From Macrostomum lignano (lineage: Eukaryota): 64,000 nucleotides of DNA. The notes beneath the pieces were generated by a model that made no database searches, was not told where the DNA came from, and worked only from the letters and a program-made list of their open reading frames with translations. The position numbers were made by a program, and so were the translations under genes. Each line of letters begins with the position of its first letter. Position 1 is the stretch's first letter. Below are positions 38,800 to 54,145 of this stretch, in pieces. The DNA is taken from contig NIVC01000897.1 of the NCBI GenBank assembly GCA_002269645.1, positions 310,001-374,000 on the forward strand, in the 5' to 3' direction.

Positions 38800-40985
38800 A
38801 TGATGAAGCTCACCGCCTCTCTCCTGCTGGTGCACATTGTGCTGCTGTGCCCGACCACGCCGACACCCGTCACCATGATGAAGAGGAGCCGGGCCGAGGC
38901 CGAGCCCAAACTCGAGGGCGACTCGCTGAACGAACGAATGCAGCGGGAGCTGCAGGCTAACAAGCAGCGAGTGCTGAAGATTCTGGAGGGCCGCGAATGG
39001 TACCGTGCCTTCCTCGAGCTGCTCCGCAACGAGCTGAAGAAGAAGGCGGACCACCGTATTGAAGTGGCCAAAATCTACATGCGCACGGCCGACCCGGCCA
39101 GGGTTCGCCGCTCTGTTGAGCAGGATTTCGAGGAGGCCCTCAGCCGGGCTGCAAGAAGCGTGCCGGCCAGGGAGGACTCTCGGGTTGAAGTGTCCGCCGC
39201 GCTCAAAGTTGACGGCAAAGTTTGCCTGAACGTCACCAAGAAGGCCGAGGCTATCCGGCTCGGCGACTCCAACGAGATCATCAAGGCTGACATCGGCAAC
39301 ACGGAGATTCTACTCAGTATGAAGGTCACTAAGAAAGGCGCTGGTGAGTCAGCCGTTGACATTTTCGCCCTAAACTGACCGCAATGTCGCTAAAGTTGCT
39401 AATCATGCGATGCAGCAGCACTGAAACCACAAGACACACACATGCAGCCTTCACATGCGCAGTGCTTTGGCAAACAGTTACTGCAGATCAATGTCACTGC
39501 AAGTTGGCTTCAGTTGCAGCTTGAGGGGCCGCTGTTATCATCTGGCCACATCTGTTCTGAGGCTGCACGATGCACTGTACAAGCACAGGCCTTTTCTTCA
39601 GCGCCAATTCAAAGCATTTCCCGTTTCTGCTTTCAGCAACCGAAGATGAAGCTTTGGCGCAGCCTCCGGTCCCTCTGCATCGAGCGTCCAACGATGCCGT
39701 GGTCCGCGGCCGCATCTCCGAGACCGACGCCGAAGCCGCAGCAGCCCCGAACATCTGGCTCAGCGCTGCCGAGCGAACGCCGCCGTCGCCGCCGCTGACG
39801 ACGACGACGACGCCATCATCAACGCCGAGGCCGACAGTCAGGGCGACTTCGATCAGTCCGACAACCGCTCGGCCGCCGCCACCGCCGCCGCCGCCTCCAC
39901 CGCGCTCGCCGCCAAGTGATGCCGACTTTGATAGCGCAGCCGCCGCCGTCGCTACTGCTCACGCCGCCATCGCCGCTGCCAAATCGGCCAACGCGTCCCG
40001 ATCCGGTGGTCTCGAGCAGCCATGGCACGGGGATTATTCCCAGCTGCAGAGCCACTGCACCGACCGCAATTACTGCCTGTTTGGTGGCACGTGCGTTTAC
40101 TACGGCATCATTGAGCTGCCGCTTTGCAAGTGAGCGTCTCTTCCTTTGCCTCAGTCCTGCTCTGAATTTTGACATATCGATTCATTATTCCTTATATTCC
40201 TTACACACCGGTACCAATTAAAAAACAACCAGCTGCCGCAAGGGTTACAAAGGCAACAGATGCGAGCTCTACGACATCAACGAAGTTCTCAGCACGCTGG
40301 ACAGTGCACACAAGCGGCGTGTCATTGGCAACGGGCCAATAGAGCAGCAGGGCGACCATATGGACGTGCTGAGCGTTGTGGAGTCAACAGCGTAAGTGCC
40401 GCATAGCCTCGATTCTTTGTTGGGCTCTCCATCTCTAGATCTCTCATTCGGGACCATCGTGGAGCCTTTGTAGTTGCCGACGCGCGCACGTGATTAATGC
40501 AGCATGAAATCCTTCCCTCCCACCTTTTCGACGGCTTTCCGCGTTTCTCGCCAGATCCCGATAGACATCTCCAGCGCACAGCAACAGCTCCTCCACCTTC
40601 GCCTAGGCAGGCACAGAGGCCCTCTCTCTTAACCTCGGGGGGGGGGGAGATACGTGTATACAGCCATTAATCGCCCTGGACAGTTTTATTGTCCGATCCT
40701 TTTCACCGATGCCCTCTGCACTCCCCTGCCCTTAGGCCAATTGGCCAGGAAAGCGAACCCAGGACTTGCTCGCATCCTATATGGTTTTCTAATAGTATAA
40801 ATAATTATAGTAGTAATGCTAATGCTAATTATCAAGCATGTTTAATAATTGCATGGTTTGACCGCATGCGGCTCAATTCATCATAACGACTGTCTTACAA
40901 TATTCTCCTCCCATTTCGACGCAGGTTGCTTGGTCTCCGCCCGTCAGACCTGTTTGAGAACGCAGATCCCGAGTATTATGACTGA
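38800..40985 (+). CDS. Secreted EGF-motif protein (putative EGFR ligand, no TM); join(38800..39343,39637..40129,40233..40391,40925..40985), 418 aa
   Basis: Signal peptide MMKLTASLLLVHIVLLC. Donors gtgagt 39344, gtgagc 40130 and gtaagt 40392; acceptors 39636, 40232 and 40924; phases 1, 2, 2 are consistent. EGF motif CTDRNYCLFGGTCVYYGIIELPLC-N-CRKGYKGNRC with a phase-2 intron between Cys4 and Cys5. Confidence 0.85.
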
Positions 40986-42994
40986 ACATTGAGCCCCGTA
41001 ACAATGCTGTTGCTAAGTAGAACCACAGTTACTAAACTAGCTAGATGGGCCACTCAGGCATATATACGAGTTGTAAGTTTGTAAAACAGCTTTCTACTTT
41101 CAGTTCAGTAGCAAAGAAGAATACATAAGCTATTTTATAAAAATAAAGCCAGCTGAAATTACTTTGATAAGTATAGAAACCCAAGCTTGCAGGCGTAAAC
41201 AGCTTGCTAATTGGTTCAGCAATAACGTGCATTAGCCAGTCCATTGAAATGTACATGGCAGCTTTTAGGCTGGAATTCCGAGAAAGGCAATAAAAAATTA
41301 GGGGGCGGGGGTGGGGTAGTGTGGAAAAACGCGCGCGCTTGGAGGGTTTAAGCGTGGGGGGTAAGAGCCAATAAATGAGCTTTGACTTTAAAAATACATT
41401 AGAATGCTTCTGTTAAACTTACTACTGAACTGAAAGTAGCTTACTCAATGTGCAGACTGGCTCATCCAGTTATTCTAGTATCTGTGAGCAGAACCCCAAG
41501 CGCTGGCTTAGATAGAGGGAAGGGGGCTTCGTCAACAGGTTGCATTTTTCATACTGCTTAGTCATCGTGATCCGATCGAATTGGATCGTTGGTGGCAAAT
41601 GGCAGCAGCCCAAGTCCACAGACTTCCTTTGCGCTTGAACGGCAGAATATATCTATGCGCTATTATACGCTGGTATCAACCGCCTTTAAGGAACCCGGAT
41701 GTAGCTCGTATAACACGAATTTTACTCCAGTTAAATGTTGTCAGCCTTGACAAGTTAGCTTAGTGCATAGCACGCTTTCGTTTGTAGGAAACTTTGCATG
41801 CGACCAAATCATTTCCTTTTGCCTGCCCTTTGCTTTATTTAAGAGATAGAAAGTTGCTTATTTAAATTAATTATTTATTCGTTTGTTAAACTGTTTCGAG
41901 TTTTGAATTGGCGCCAATTTTAGAAACTTGGTTAAACACATTTAAAATCGATGTTGGCTAACTAAATGAATTAAGCACACAGATTAACAAAATTTGCACT
42001 GAACTCATTTTTCACAGTTTTACGCTGAATTTTGGCGAAAATTTGAGCTCGCAGTTTAGCAAACGATTGTCAAATTGGGACTTGCTCTGACTTAGCATAT
42101 CAATACGCTCTTTCAATGTAATTTCTGTAGTGAAAATATAACTATATTGTATAGAGATCTGTTATGCTGGCACTAATATCGGTATTAACCGTGCACTCAA
42201 CTTAGCATCTATCAGTACTGTACCATAGTGCACCCCATCAGCACAGAATAGCCGCTCACCGTCCTGGCTCTTTATTCCAGAATTTACCTGCTGCACGTAC
42301 CAAAAAGCTATCCTAGTCCTCAGGCCATGCAGTGGATTCAGAGCATTTTGCTAAGCCGTTGAGAGCAGTTCTGCAGAAGGACACTGATGGACTGACTGGA
42401 CTGGTTTATTAGGCAGAGTCGATGAGGCTACGAAATAACGTTTTTTTCCCATCGCGTGTCTATATGTATTATATATACTGTCTATTTTTTGTTGAAGTTA
42501 TTGTGATCAAATTTCATTCTAGCTCTCACGCAGCAGGTAATATTTAGTTAATATCAGTTTTAGAACTCTATTTCTAACTTTTTTTCAAATACAAGAGGTA
42601 AACCGCTCGCCTGAGAAGTCATATTTTGAGCAGAAAAAGCAAACAAAAAACACAAATCTGGAATCTGCCTCAGCAAACCTGCATTGCCATTGTACCCAGT
42701 GACGGAAGGTTCATTATTCTATTATTTTGCTTTTCATTTAAGTCTCTATTCGCTGTTCCATTGCAATAATTCTGGGTCTGCTTTGATATCAGCTTTCTGT
42801 GTATTGTCATCAATTTGTTTGTCTGTTGAAATCTTTTTGACGCTAAAAAAGCTGCTTGCGTTTGTTCAAAAGCTATGAGTTAAATAAATCGAGCTTTTGT
42901 TGCGGATCCGAGGCGGATGGAAGCGCTTGGTTTTGTAGGGTTCACGCGGACAAGCCAACATGTTGGAGTCATTCGTGTGCGTCATTGTGATGGC

Positions 42995-44140
42995 CGGATA
43001 ATCACTGATTGATTGTGCTGGGTGGATAATCACTGATTGATTGTGATGGGTGGATAACCACTGCTTGATTGTGATGGGTGGATAATCACTGATTGATTGT
43101 GATGGGTGGATAATCACTGATTGATTGTGATGAGTGGATAATCACTGCTTGATTGTGATAGGTGGATAATCACTGATTGATTGTGATGGGTGGATAATCA
43201 CTGCTTGATTGTGATGGCCGGATAATCACTGATTGATGTGATGGGTGGATAATCACTGATTGATTGTGATGGGTGGATAATCACTGATTGATTGTGATGG
43301 GTGGATAATCACTGATTGATTGTGCTGGGTGGATAATCACTGATTGATTGTGATAGGTGGATAATCACTGATTGATTGTGCTGGGTGGATAATCACTGAT
43401 TGTGATGGGTGGATAAGCACTGATTGATTGTGATGGGTGGATAATCACTGATTGTGATGGGTGGATAATCACTGATTGATTGTGATGGGTGGATAATCAC
43501 TGATTGATTGTGATGGGTGGATAATCACTGATTGATTGTGCTGGGTGGATAATCACTGATTGATTGTGATAGGTGGATAATCACTGATTGATTGTGCTGG
43601 GTGGATAATCACTGATTGTGATGGGTGGATAATCACTGATTGATTGTGATGGGTGGATAATCACTGATTGATTGTGATGGGTGGATAATCACTGATTGAT
43701 TGTGCTGGGTGGATAATCACTGATTGATTGTGATAGGTGGATAATCACTGATTGATTGTGCTGGGTGGATAATCACTGATTGTGATGGGTGGATAAGCAC
43801 TGATTGATTGTGATGGGTGGATAATCACTGATTGATTGTGATGGGTGGATAATCATTGATTTATTGTGATGGGTGGATAATCACTGATTGATTGTGATGG
43901 GTGGATAATCATTGATTTATTGTGATGAGTGGATAATCACTGATTGATTGTGATGGGTGGATAATCACTGATTGATTGTGATGGGTGGATAATCACTGAT
44001 TGATTGTGATGGGTGGATAATCATTGATTTATTGTGATGGGTGGATAATCACTGATTGATTGTGATGGGTGGATAATCACTGATTGATTGTGATGGGTGG
44101 ATAATCACTGATTGATTGTGATGGGTGGATAATCACTGAT
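42995..44140. repeat. 28-bp tandem array (TGGATAATCACTGATTGATTGTGATGGG)
   Basis: Read directly. Confidence 0.95.
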
Positions 44141-45029
44141 TGATTGGATGTCGCCGAGGGCCTTCGCAGGCCTCCTACAAATTATGATTATTATATCACT
44201 ACCGGTGCTGACGCCATCCTTTTTAATGATACGGGGAGGCATGAGAGACAATGGCATAAAAGGAAGTTTTCTTATCCATTTGGGAAAACTCCGAGGGTAG
44301 GTAATAAATTTAGAGAATTCTATCTTTATACTTTTTCTCTGGCCTCTTCTTTTACAAAATTGCAGTCTTATTTTCTCTCTCGGGATTTCAGCTTCATACT
44401 TGAACACAATCAACAACCCCTTGTTAAACCCTTGTTGTGTTTATAGCCGCACAATCACGCTTAAAGTGTGTTCCTCCCCAAGCCATTTTGTTGGGAATTT
44501 ACAACTTCCCAAAAGAATGCCGTTTGAAGGCCGAGCCATATATGGAAACAACTGAGGGAGACTGTAAATAGATGGGGCAATTCGCCGAGTTACAAGCCCG
44601 GAGAGAGCGAGACTGGCAGCTGGGCAGCTTGTTTTTCTTTGACAGCGCAAGGATGCAATCGGAATTTCCTGTAGGGAAGAATCTCCCGCCTGTATCTGCC
44701 TCACTCAAGGCGAGACATGCTAGGGGCGAAATGGAATCCGAAAAATGAATTTCTGTCTTCCCATCATTAGCGGTTGTCACTTATTCTTGCCAGGGATAGG
44801 TCGAGGGAGAGGGTATTTCATTTAGCAATCCTTAGAGACCCACCACAGCGCCTGCCGCCCACTACTGCCGCCCCGCTACATCTAAGCGCTAAAAATGCGT
44901 CTTTTGTAAAAATTTCTGGAATAAGTGTACATAAATAAAGCCATTTCTGATAACAGTCAAGTTCACTCTGACCTTCTGACCTTCGCTATCTCTATTCACT
45001 TCTTCGTGAATGTGTCCGTCCCGTCTCCT

Positions 45030-45680
45030 TCAGTCCCTCTCCCTCAGTTCCTCTCCCTCAGTCCCTCTCCCTCAGTCCCTCTCCCTCAGTTCCTCTCCCT
45101 CAGTCCCTCTCCCTCAGTCCCTCTCCCTCAGTTCCTCTCCCTCAGTCCCTCTCCCTCAGTCCCTCTCCCTCAGTTCCTCTCCCTCAGTCCCTCTCCCTCA
45201 GTTCCTCTCCCTCAGTCCCGTCTCACTTAGTCCCTCTCCCTCAGTTCCTCTCCCTCAGTCCCTCTCCCTCAGTCCCTCTCCCTCAGTCCCTCTCCCTCAG
45301 TCCCTCTCCCTCAGTCCCTCTCCCTCAGTCCCTCTCCCTCAGTCCCTCTCCCTCAGTCCCTCTCCCTCAGTCCCTCTCCCTCAGTCCCTCTCCCTCAGTC
45401 CCTCTCCCTCAGTCCCTCTCCCTCAGTCCCTCTCCCTCAGTCCCTCTCCCTCAGTCCCTCTCCCTCAGTCCCTCTCCCTCAGTCCCTCTCCCTCAGTCCC
45501 TCTCCCTCAGTCCCTCTCCCTCAGTCCCTCTCCCTCAGTCCCTCTCCCTCAATCCCTCTCCCTCAGTCCCTCTCCCTCAGTCCCTCTCCCTCAGTCCCTC
45601 TCCCTCAGTCCCTCTCCCTCAGTCCCTCTCCCTCAGTCCCTCTCCCTCAGTCCCTCTCCCTCAGTCCCTCTCCCCCAGTC
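45030..45680. repeat. 14-bp tandem array (CTCAGTCCCTCTCC)
   Basis: Read directly. Confidence 0.95.
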
Positions 45681-46445
45681 CCACTAACTCTTAAATGTTT
45701 AGCAGTTTTTCAATCTTACATTTTTACTGAATTTATTTTGCTTACAAGAAAGGCCTCAATATATGTGGTTGTGTTTCAAGTTTATTATAAACCCAGTAAT
45801 ATCGGAGATCCAATTGTATTGATTTTTCTTACACAAAGATTAGCTAATAAATAGCAATCGCAGCAATTTCAAGCAAAGTTGATTGGATTCGGCTACAGAA
45901 GGAATAAATTTAATTTTGAAAATTTCTTCCACACGCCTTTGAAGCCAAGCGCACCTGAGCTCGAGAGCGGCCTCCGCAGCCAATTTTGGGAAACTTGCAG
46001 TCGATTATATTTTTAAGCGCCAATTTTTCACCAAGCAAATTTTTACAAGAATTGGTCGTCAGATTTGCTTGGCCATCATTTTTTTTGCTGTTTGCTTTGA
46101 CAACCTTGTCTTATTGAAATTTCGCAAATCATTTCCCAGCAACTGCAGGTGCAGTCAAACTGAATTAATTGTTTTAATTTTCCTCAGACAGGAAGCAGCT
46201 CTGACTTATTCTCAAAGACATCGACTGCTTCAACCGGCTCGGCCTCGAGATTTGCAATATTGCGTGACTTACTGCTTTAACAAAGGGTTAGGCGGGGCCA
46301 GTGTCCTGCTTCTGAGAATAGAATAGATAGTTTAGTAACCTCAATGCCCCCTCATCAATGCAAGGGGGGCTTGACGACTGATTTAATTAGAAGCTGGCGA
46401 TTAAGAAACACCGGGTACCTGCTTCTTGAATAGATCTGCCACCAC

Positions 46446-47635
46446 CTCAGCTGTACCTACCTCTCATCTGTATCTCCTTAGCTGTACCTACCTCTCATCT
46501 GTAGCTCTTCAGCTGTACCTACCTCTCATCTGTAGCTCTTCAGCTGTACCTACCTCTCATCTGTATCTCCTTAGCTGTACCTACCTCTCATCTGTAGCTC
46601 TTCAGCTGTACCTACCTCTCATCTGTAGCTCTTCAGCTGTACCTACCTCTCATCTGTAGCTCTTCAGCTGTACCTACCTCTCATCTGTAGCTCTTCAGCT
46701 GTACCTACCTCTCATCTGTAGCTCTTCAGCTGTACCAACCTCTCATCTGTATCTCCTTAGCTGTACCTACCTCTCATCTGTAGCTCTTCAGCTGTACCTA
46801 CCTCTCATCTGTAGCTCTTCAGCTGTACCTACCTCTCATCTGTAGCTCTTCAGCTGTACCTACCTCTCATCTGTATCTCCTCAGCTGTACCAACCTCTCA
46901 TCTGTATCTCCTCAGCTGTACCTACCTCTCATCTGTAGCTCTTCAGCTGTACCTACCTCTCATCTGTATCTCCTTAGCTGTACCTACCTCTCATCTGTAG
47001 CTCTTCAGCTGTACCTACCTCTCATCTGTATCTCCTCAGCTGTACCTACCTCTCATCTGTATCTCCTCAGCTGTACCTACCCCTCATCTGTAGCTCCTCA
47101 GCTGTACCTACCTCTCATCTGTAGCTCCTTAGCTGTACCTACCTCTCATCTGTAGCTCTTCAGCTGTACCTACCTCTCATCTGTAGCTCTTCAGCTGTAC
47201 CTACCTCTCATCTGTAGCTCTTCAGCTGTACCTACCTCTCATCTGTATCTCCTCAGCTGTACCAACCTCTCATCTGTATCTCCTCAGCTGTACCTACCTC
47301 TCATCTGTAGCTCTTCAGCTGTACCAACCTCTCATCTGTATCTCCTCAGCTGTACCTACCTCTCATCTGTATCTCCTCAGCTGTACCTACCTCTCATCTG
47401 TAGCTCTTCAGCTGTACCTACCTCTCATCTGTATCTCCTCAGCTGTACCTACCTCTCATCTGTATCTCCTCAGCTGTACCTACCCCTCATCTGTAGCTCC
47501 TCAGCTGTACCTACCTCTCATCTGTAGCTCCTTAGCTGTACCTACCTCTCATCTGTAGCTCTTCAGCTGTACCTACCTCTTATCTGTAGCTCCTCAGCTG
47601 TACCTACCTCTCATCTGTATCCCCTCATCTGTACC
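46446..47635. repeat. 31-bp tandem array (TCAGCTGTACCTACCTCTCATCTGTAGCTCT)
   Basis: Read directly. Confidence 0.95.
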
Positions 47636-47935
47636 TACCTACCTCTACTTCTCTACTTCTAACTATCTTCTATCTCCCTCTCCATCTTGTTTTCCTATTT
47701 GCACACATAAGTGCATGTGCACCCTTACTGCCGTGCAGAGAATATTCCCAGCAGAAATGCGTCGGAGTTGGAGTGGGGCGAAATTGTCAGAATCTGGCAG
47801 CAGAGGCGGCGTTAGAAAGTTTAAAACACCTGCGAACGCCTGCTCTTCAAAAAAATAATTTTCATTTTTATTTTCATTTTATTTGTTAATTTTTTGTCCT
47901 GACGCCGGACTGCCGCTTGCATTTCTTTGAAGGGG

Positions 47936-48450
47936 CGAGAGACAGGGGCGCCCACCGAGAGACAGGGGCAACCACAAAAAGACAGATGCAACTACCAAGA
48001 GACAGGGGCGCCCATAAAGAGACAGGGGCAACCACTAAAAGACAGGGACAACTACCAAGAGACAGGAGCGCCCACCAAGAGACAGGGGCAACTACCAAGA
48101 AACAGGAGCGCCCACCAAGAGACAGGGGCAACTACCAAGAAACAGGAGCGCCCACCAAGAGACAGGGGCAACTACCAAGAGACAGGAGCGCCCACTAAAA
48201 GACAGGGACAACTACCAAGAGACAGGGGCGCCCACCAAGAGACAGGGGCGCCCATAAAGAGACAGGGGCAACCACTAAAAGACAGGGACAACTACCAAGA
48301 AACAGGAGCGCCCACCAAAAGACAGGGGCGCCCACCAAAAGACAGGGGCGCCAACCAAGAGACAGGGGCGCCCACCAAGAGACAGGGGCGCCCACCAAGA
48401 GACAGGGGCGCCCACCAAGAGAAAGGGTCGCCCACTACGAGACAAGGGCG
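47936..48450. repeat. 20-bp tandem array (GAGACAGGGGCGCCCACCAA and variants)
   Basis: Read directly. Confidence 0.9.
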
Positions 48451-49449
48451 CCAACCTGACACCAAATATTGGAACCCCTAATATTGGCGGCCCCAAGTGA
48501 GCAAGCTAATAAGTTGAATTTTATGTATTTGTTGTTACGAGAAGGTGCTGTATGGCAAAGACAACTAGTCATCTTCAAGGTGGCAAAGTTCATGCGGTCC
48601 TGTTTTCAAGATTCCTTAGCAAAAGCACCGCTTCGCCCTGTCAATCATGCAGTTGGAGCGTGATCCCGCGGGCGGCAGCATGTGGAACTGGGGAACGGGT
48701 CCAGTCAAGGAGGCCCAGAAACAGAACTTGTAGTAGCAGCGACTTCCCAAACATCCCCCTCCACCCCACTTTTTGCAGACAGCTGTAGGCGGACTGCAGC
48801 TTTTGTCAACACTTTGCTCATAGCCCACTGCTCAAAATGCAAAAATGCAAAGCCTCCCTGAGTGCGGCCATCTGAACTAAACCGGTACGATATTCGGTGC
48901 AAGAATATTGGAGTGGGGTGGGGAGAATTTAAATTCAATGAGTGTAGTGAGGGATTCGTTTGTAAAGAGCTGATTGAAAAAAGTGAATTAAGGAGAGTGA
49001 GTGAAAGTGAAAGAGAGAGTGAGTGAAGGAGAGAGTGAATGAATGAATTAGTGGTTGAATGAGTGAGTGAATGAAGGAAGTGAGAGAGTGAGTGAATGAG
49101 AAAGTGATTGAATGAGTAAAATGTCTGTAGAAAGCCGTAATAATGTGGTGAAAGCTACGGGAGTTCTATAAAGCAATGTGTGAATACTTTTAGCTTTTTC
49201 TTAGAAACTGCGCTCGTATTTGTCAAAAGCGCGTTTCTACCTACTTATAAATGGAGTTTAAGTAGCATGATTCGCGATTTTTTTATTTAAGGCATCGAAA
49301 TATAATTTTATATTTGCAGAGAATAAAGGCGATACAATTTGGCAGGAAGTCAAGGAGATTACAAAATTACAGATTTGGGTTTACTTATTCGGCAGATATT
49401 CCCTCAGGCCAATTCACTGGATAGACAGTTGCGTCTATTATGTTAACTG

Positions 49450-50085
49450 GGCATCAGTGGGGCTGTGTTAAAATTAGCCGAGACACCGTGTTATTATCAG
49501 TGAACACTCGATGTGCATGGGTGACAGGGGGACCACCATGAGCTGCATTGGCGCGTGCCAGCAGATCAGGTTTCTTCAGCCAGCGGGCAGACTCGTTCCG
49601 GTCTGGAGTTTCTACCATAGACATGAGAAGAGCACTGATGGTAGAAACCTGCTTGACTGTCTTCAAGATTAGCGAACATATCATATAAAAAACACACCGA
49701 AAGTTAAGCAGAAAGAAAGTTAGTCGCGGTTAGCCACCAATTTCGCCATAGTTTCGTAGTCTATAGGCAAAACCCTATTCAGTGCTATGCTTTTTGCAGG
49801 TAGTTTTGTAGCCTCCAGCACACCTTGGTTCTGCAGGACATTGCAAGTCATCAAACCTTGACGCCTTGCCACCCATTTGCAGACGATCTCTGTACAGAAG
49901 ATGCTATAAGTGGTCTTTTCTTTGACATTAAGCAACCTTGCAATGTCCTTGAGGTGTTCACCTTTGTCGAGTGCTACTCTTGCTACCATAGACAAAAGCT
50001 CCATCACTTTGGAAAATGTATAATGGATTAAACTCAATGTGCGTAAGCTCAAATGGGCAACAAAGGTCTCGTATAATAAGAGCAA
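49450..50085 (-). pseudogene. Second decayed copy of the Tc1/IS630-like element seen at 230-820
   Basis: 49921-49975 aligns with 551-604, and 49981-50070 with 753-810. Translation ALDKGEHLKDIARLLNVKEKTTYSI versus ALDRGEHP/KDIARLLNVKEKMVNSI. Confidence 0.65.
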
Positions 50086-50321
50086 ACCACTGCTACGTAT
50101 GAAATATGTTTGAGCAAAGCTGCTGGTTAAAAAGTTTTACGGGTCGGATTAAAAAAGGTGCAATTCTTCTTCACGCAAGTCAGGCAAATAAAGATTCATC
50201 TGCCTCGGTCGTGCACTGCCACTTTTCTAGAAAGCTCAAAGAGGATCACCAATAGTACAAAAACACAAGCAGATTGACAGGAATTTGGGGAGTTTAACCT
50301 CTGAGACACTGGGGACACATG

Positions 50322-51692
<1,371 letters not shown>

Positions 51693-51757
51693 TCACCAGA
51701 GATTGCTTGGGTGGTCTTGTCAGAATGCTTCTCAATTGATTCTATGGATGAGTGTTA

Positions 51758-51808
51758 TATTTATATGCATTCGATTTCTAAGTTTGACATCAAAAGGGCT
51801 TGACCAAT
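51758..51808 (-). promoter_or_regulatory. Candidate FoxG core promoter (TATAAATA on minus strand 51758-51765; CCAAT 51804-51808)
   Basis: TATA lies 78 nt upstream of the ATG and the CCAAT box about 40 nt further upstream. Confidence 0.45.
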
Positions 51809-52458
51809 CAGCTGTTTGGGAGGAGGGTCTCCGGGCCCCTAACCAACCCCCCCCCCCCCCTATTATTCGGCCACTCTCCGCCCCGCTCTCCCCCCCCTGT
51901 TCGGCCCAAGCCGTTGATGGCTACCTGCAGTAGGGTAGCTGATTGTAAACATCGCCTCTTTGGATTGTGTAAACACACTCTAGCCAGCAACCCGCACTCG
52001 AGCCCCGATATCAGGCTTGAGTTCTCATTGTGTTCTGTATCCATTCTCGGTCCTCGTATATTGCCAACTACAACTGTGCTCTGGCCAACAAAAGGAGCCG
52101 AGGTTTAGTGGGGGTGGGCTGACTTGAGTAGTTAGATAATTTAAACAAAAATACCGGGTTTTTATCCGCGCGGCCACCGAAGCGCCAATGTTGACACAAC
52201 TCGGAGGGGGCTGGGGTGTCGAAATCATAGAAACTCAAGAGGGTATAAGCATTGAATAGAATGTTTGTGTTATAAGATTGCAGCCATGCGACAGCAAAAA
52301 TAAGAGAAGAAAATACTTGGGCGGTGCAGAGCAGCTGCAGGCTTCAATGCTGGTCATGGACTTCTGGAGCTATGAACTGGAGTTTTAGCTCACAGGGCCG
52401 AGTCATTGCGACGTCAGGGGCGCCAGAGGGCTGTGGTTCTCTATATAGTGGCAAAAAT

Positions 52459-52787
52459 TATGGCGCCCCTTGGTGCTGGCGCCCCTTGGTGCTGGCGCCC
52501 CTTGGTGCTGGCGCCCCTTGGTGCTGGCGCCCCTTGGTGCTGGCGCCCCTTGGTGCTGGCGCCCCTTGGTGCTGGCGCCCCTTGGTGCTGGCGCCCCTTG
52601 GTGCTGGCGCCCCTTGGTGCTGGCGCCCCTTGGTGCTGGCGCCCCTTGGTGCTGGCGCCCCTTGGTGCTGGCGCCCCTTGGTGCTGGCGCCCCTTGGTGC
52701 TGGCGCCCCTTGGTGCTGGCGCCCCTTGGTGCTGGCGCCCCTTGGTGCTGGCGCCCCTTGGTGCTGGCGCCCCTTGGTGCTGGCGAC
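52459..52787. repeat. 16-bp tandem array (GGCGCCCCTTGGTGCT)
   Basis: Read directly; near-perfect units. Confidence 0.96.
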
Positions 52788-53884
52788 CCTCTCTTGTGCC
52801 TCACAAAGATGCAGCCTCCCAAATAGAAAATGCTGGCTGAGGTCTCACTCTAGTATTGCCGCCCTAATGCATAAAATTATTACTATTAGCAGTTGATCAG
52901 TTATCTTATTCAATTTTTCAAGATGAATTTGTAACAGAACAGGAGTTGTCAAAGCCAGATAGCAGATTTCAGAACACCTTGGCGTCGCAGCCAACTTGAA
53001 GGCCCGCAACTTTAATTAGCTGACAGGTGGGCTTGATGCAGCCTGTCAAAACTTCTATGCTGCTCACAGAGACTGCACGGTGGGGCAAACAGCTGAATAA
53101 AATAATACAAACAGAGACACTGCTGCTGTATCTCTAGTCAGGGCTGCAGATCTGTAATGCTGAACTGCACAATTTCAACTGTGGGAAACAGTAGAAAGGG
53201 TTGGCCAGCGATTTGCACACAAACCCCAGTTTAGTTCGTGTGCTCGCTCAAGTTGTGTCTTCTGTTTGTATTGTGGCCAACCCTCTTGCCTTAAACCCAT
53301 TAGATGAGTGTTTCATTGCGGCAACTCTTACTGTTAAGCAACGATTACCTTTTTTGTATTGGCAATTGCCAATTGAGACTGGCGTTGGTTCCTCATTGCG
53401 ATGAAGAATTTTTCGGAAGCTGGTTTAGAATTGCAAAATAATTTGGCTTCACTTATTGGTCTCCAGGACCTTCAGGACACGCGTCCGCTCTCTCTCTCTC
53501 CCCAAGAATCCAGTTTCTCGAATTCAATTGACAAGCGCCGTCCTCCTCCAACCCGGAGGCGCTTTCACGGGCTTCAATTTCATCGTCACTTCCGTTATGT
53601 CGCCTGCGGGGCTTGCAAAAGAGGCGTCTCTTGTATAGTCGAAAAGCGACAGTGGCTTTTTTGAGTTACTCAACCGATTATCGAAACAGCTAAATGGAAA
53701 GGCGACCACCGATCTGCAATGGCAACCATGTGCAGGGAATAAGCATTAGTAGGTGCGAAATGAAAACAGTGTCATTTCTTATAACATTGATGACAAACTG
53801 AATTCAGGCAGGTTAAGCCGAATTGATCGCGGTTAGTACACAGCTGAACTGTCTGAGTGCGTCAACCTGGGGGGAGGGGCTCTG

Positions 53885-54145
53885 CGCGTCACTCTGATGT
53901 ACCAGAGGCCCAGGCTCGATTCCCAGTGCAGTCATATTGATTTGGGGCTAAATTTGAATCTCGGCTTGGCTCTGCTTGTGCAATTAACGGTCTTGAAGTC
54001 CAACCCCCCCCAAGGCACAGTGAAGTGTACATGCTTAACGATAAATAAAGTTAGGGCCGCTGTACACTCCTGTGTGAGTGTGTGTCTGTGCGTATGACTG
54101 CGTACGCATGTGTGCCTGCTCAGGGGAGTCGGCAGAATGGGCAGC
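53885..54145 (+). mobile_element. Dispersed SINE-like repeat, copy 3
   Basis: cccaggctcgattcccagtgcagtca... body shared with copies 1 and 2. Confidence 0.8.

Noticed and set aside
38782-39378. Stand-alone single-exon 192-aa secreted protein
   Set aside because: A strong gtgagt donor at 39344 splices in phase to the EGF exons, so it is treated as exon 1.
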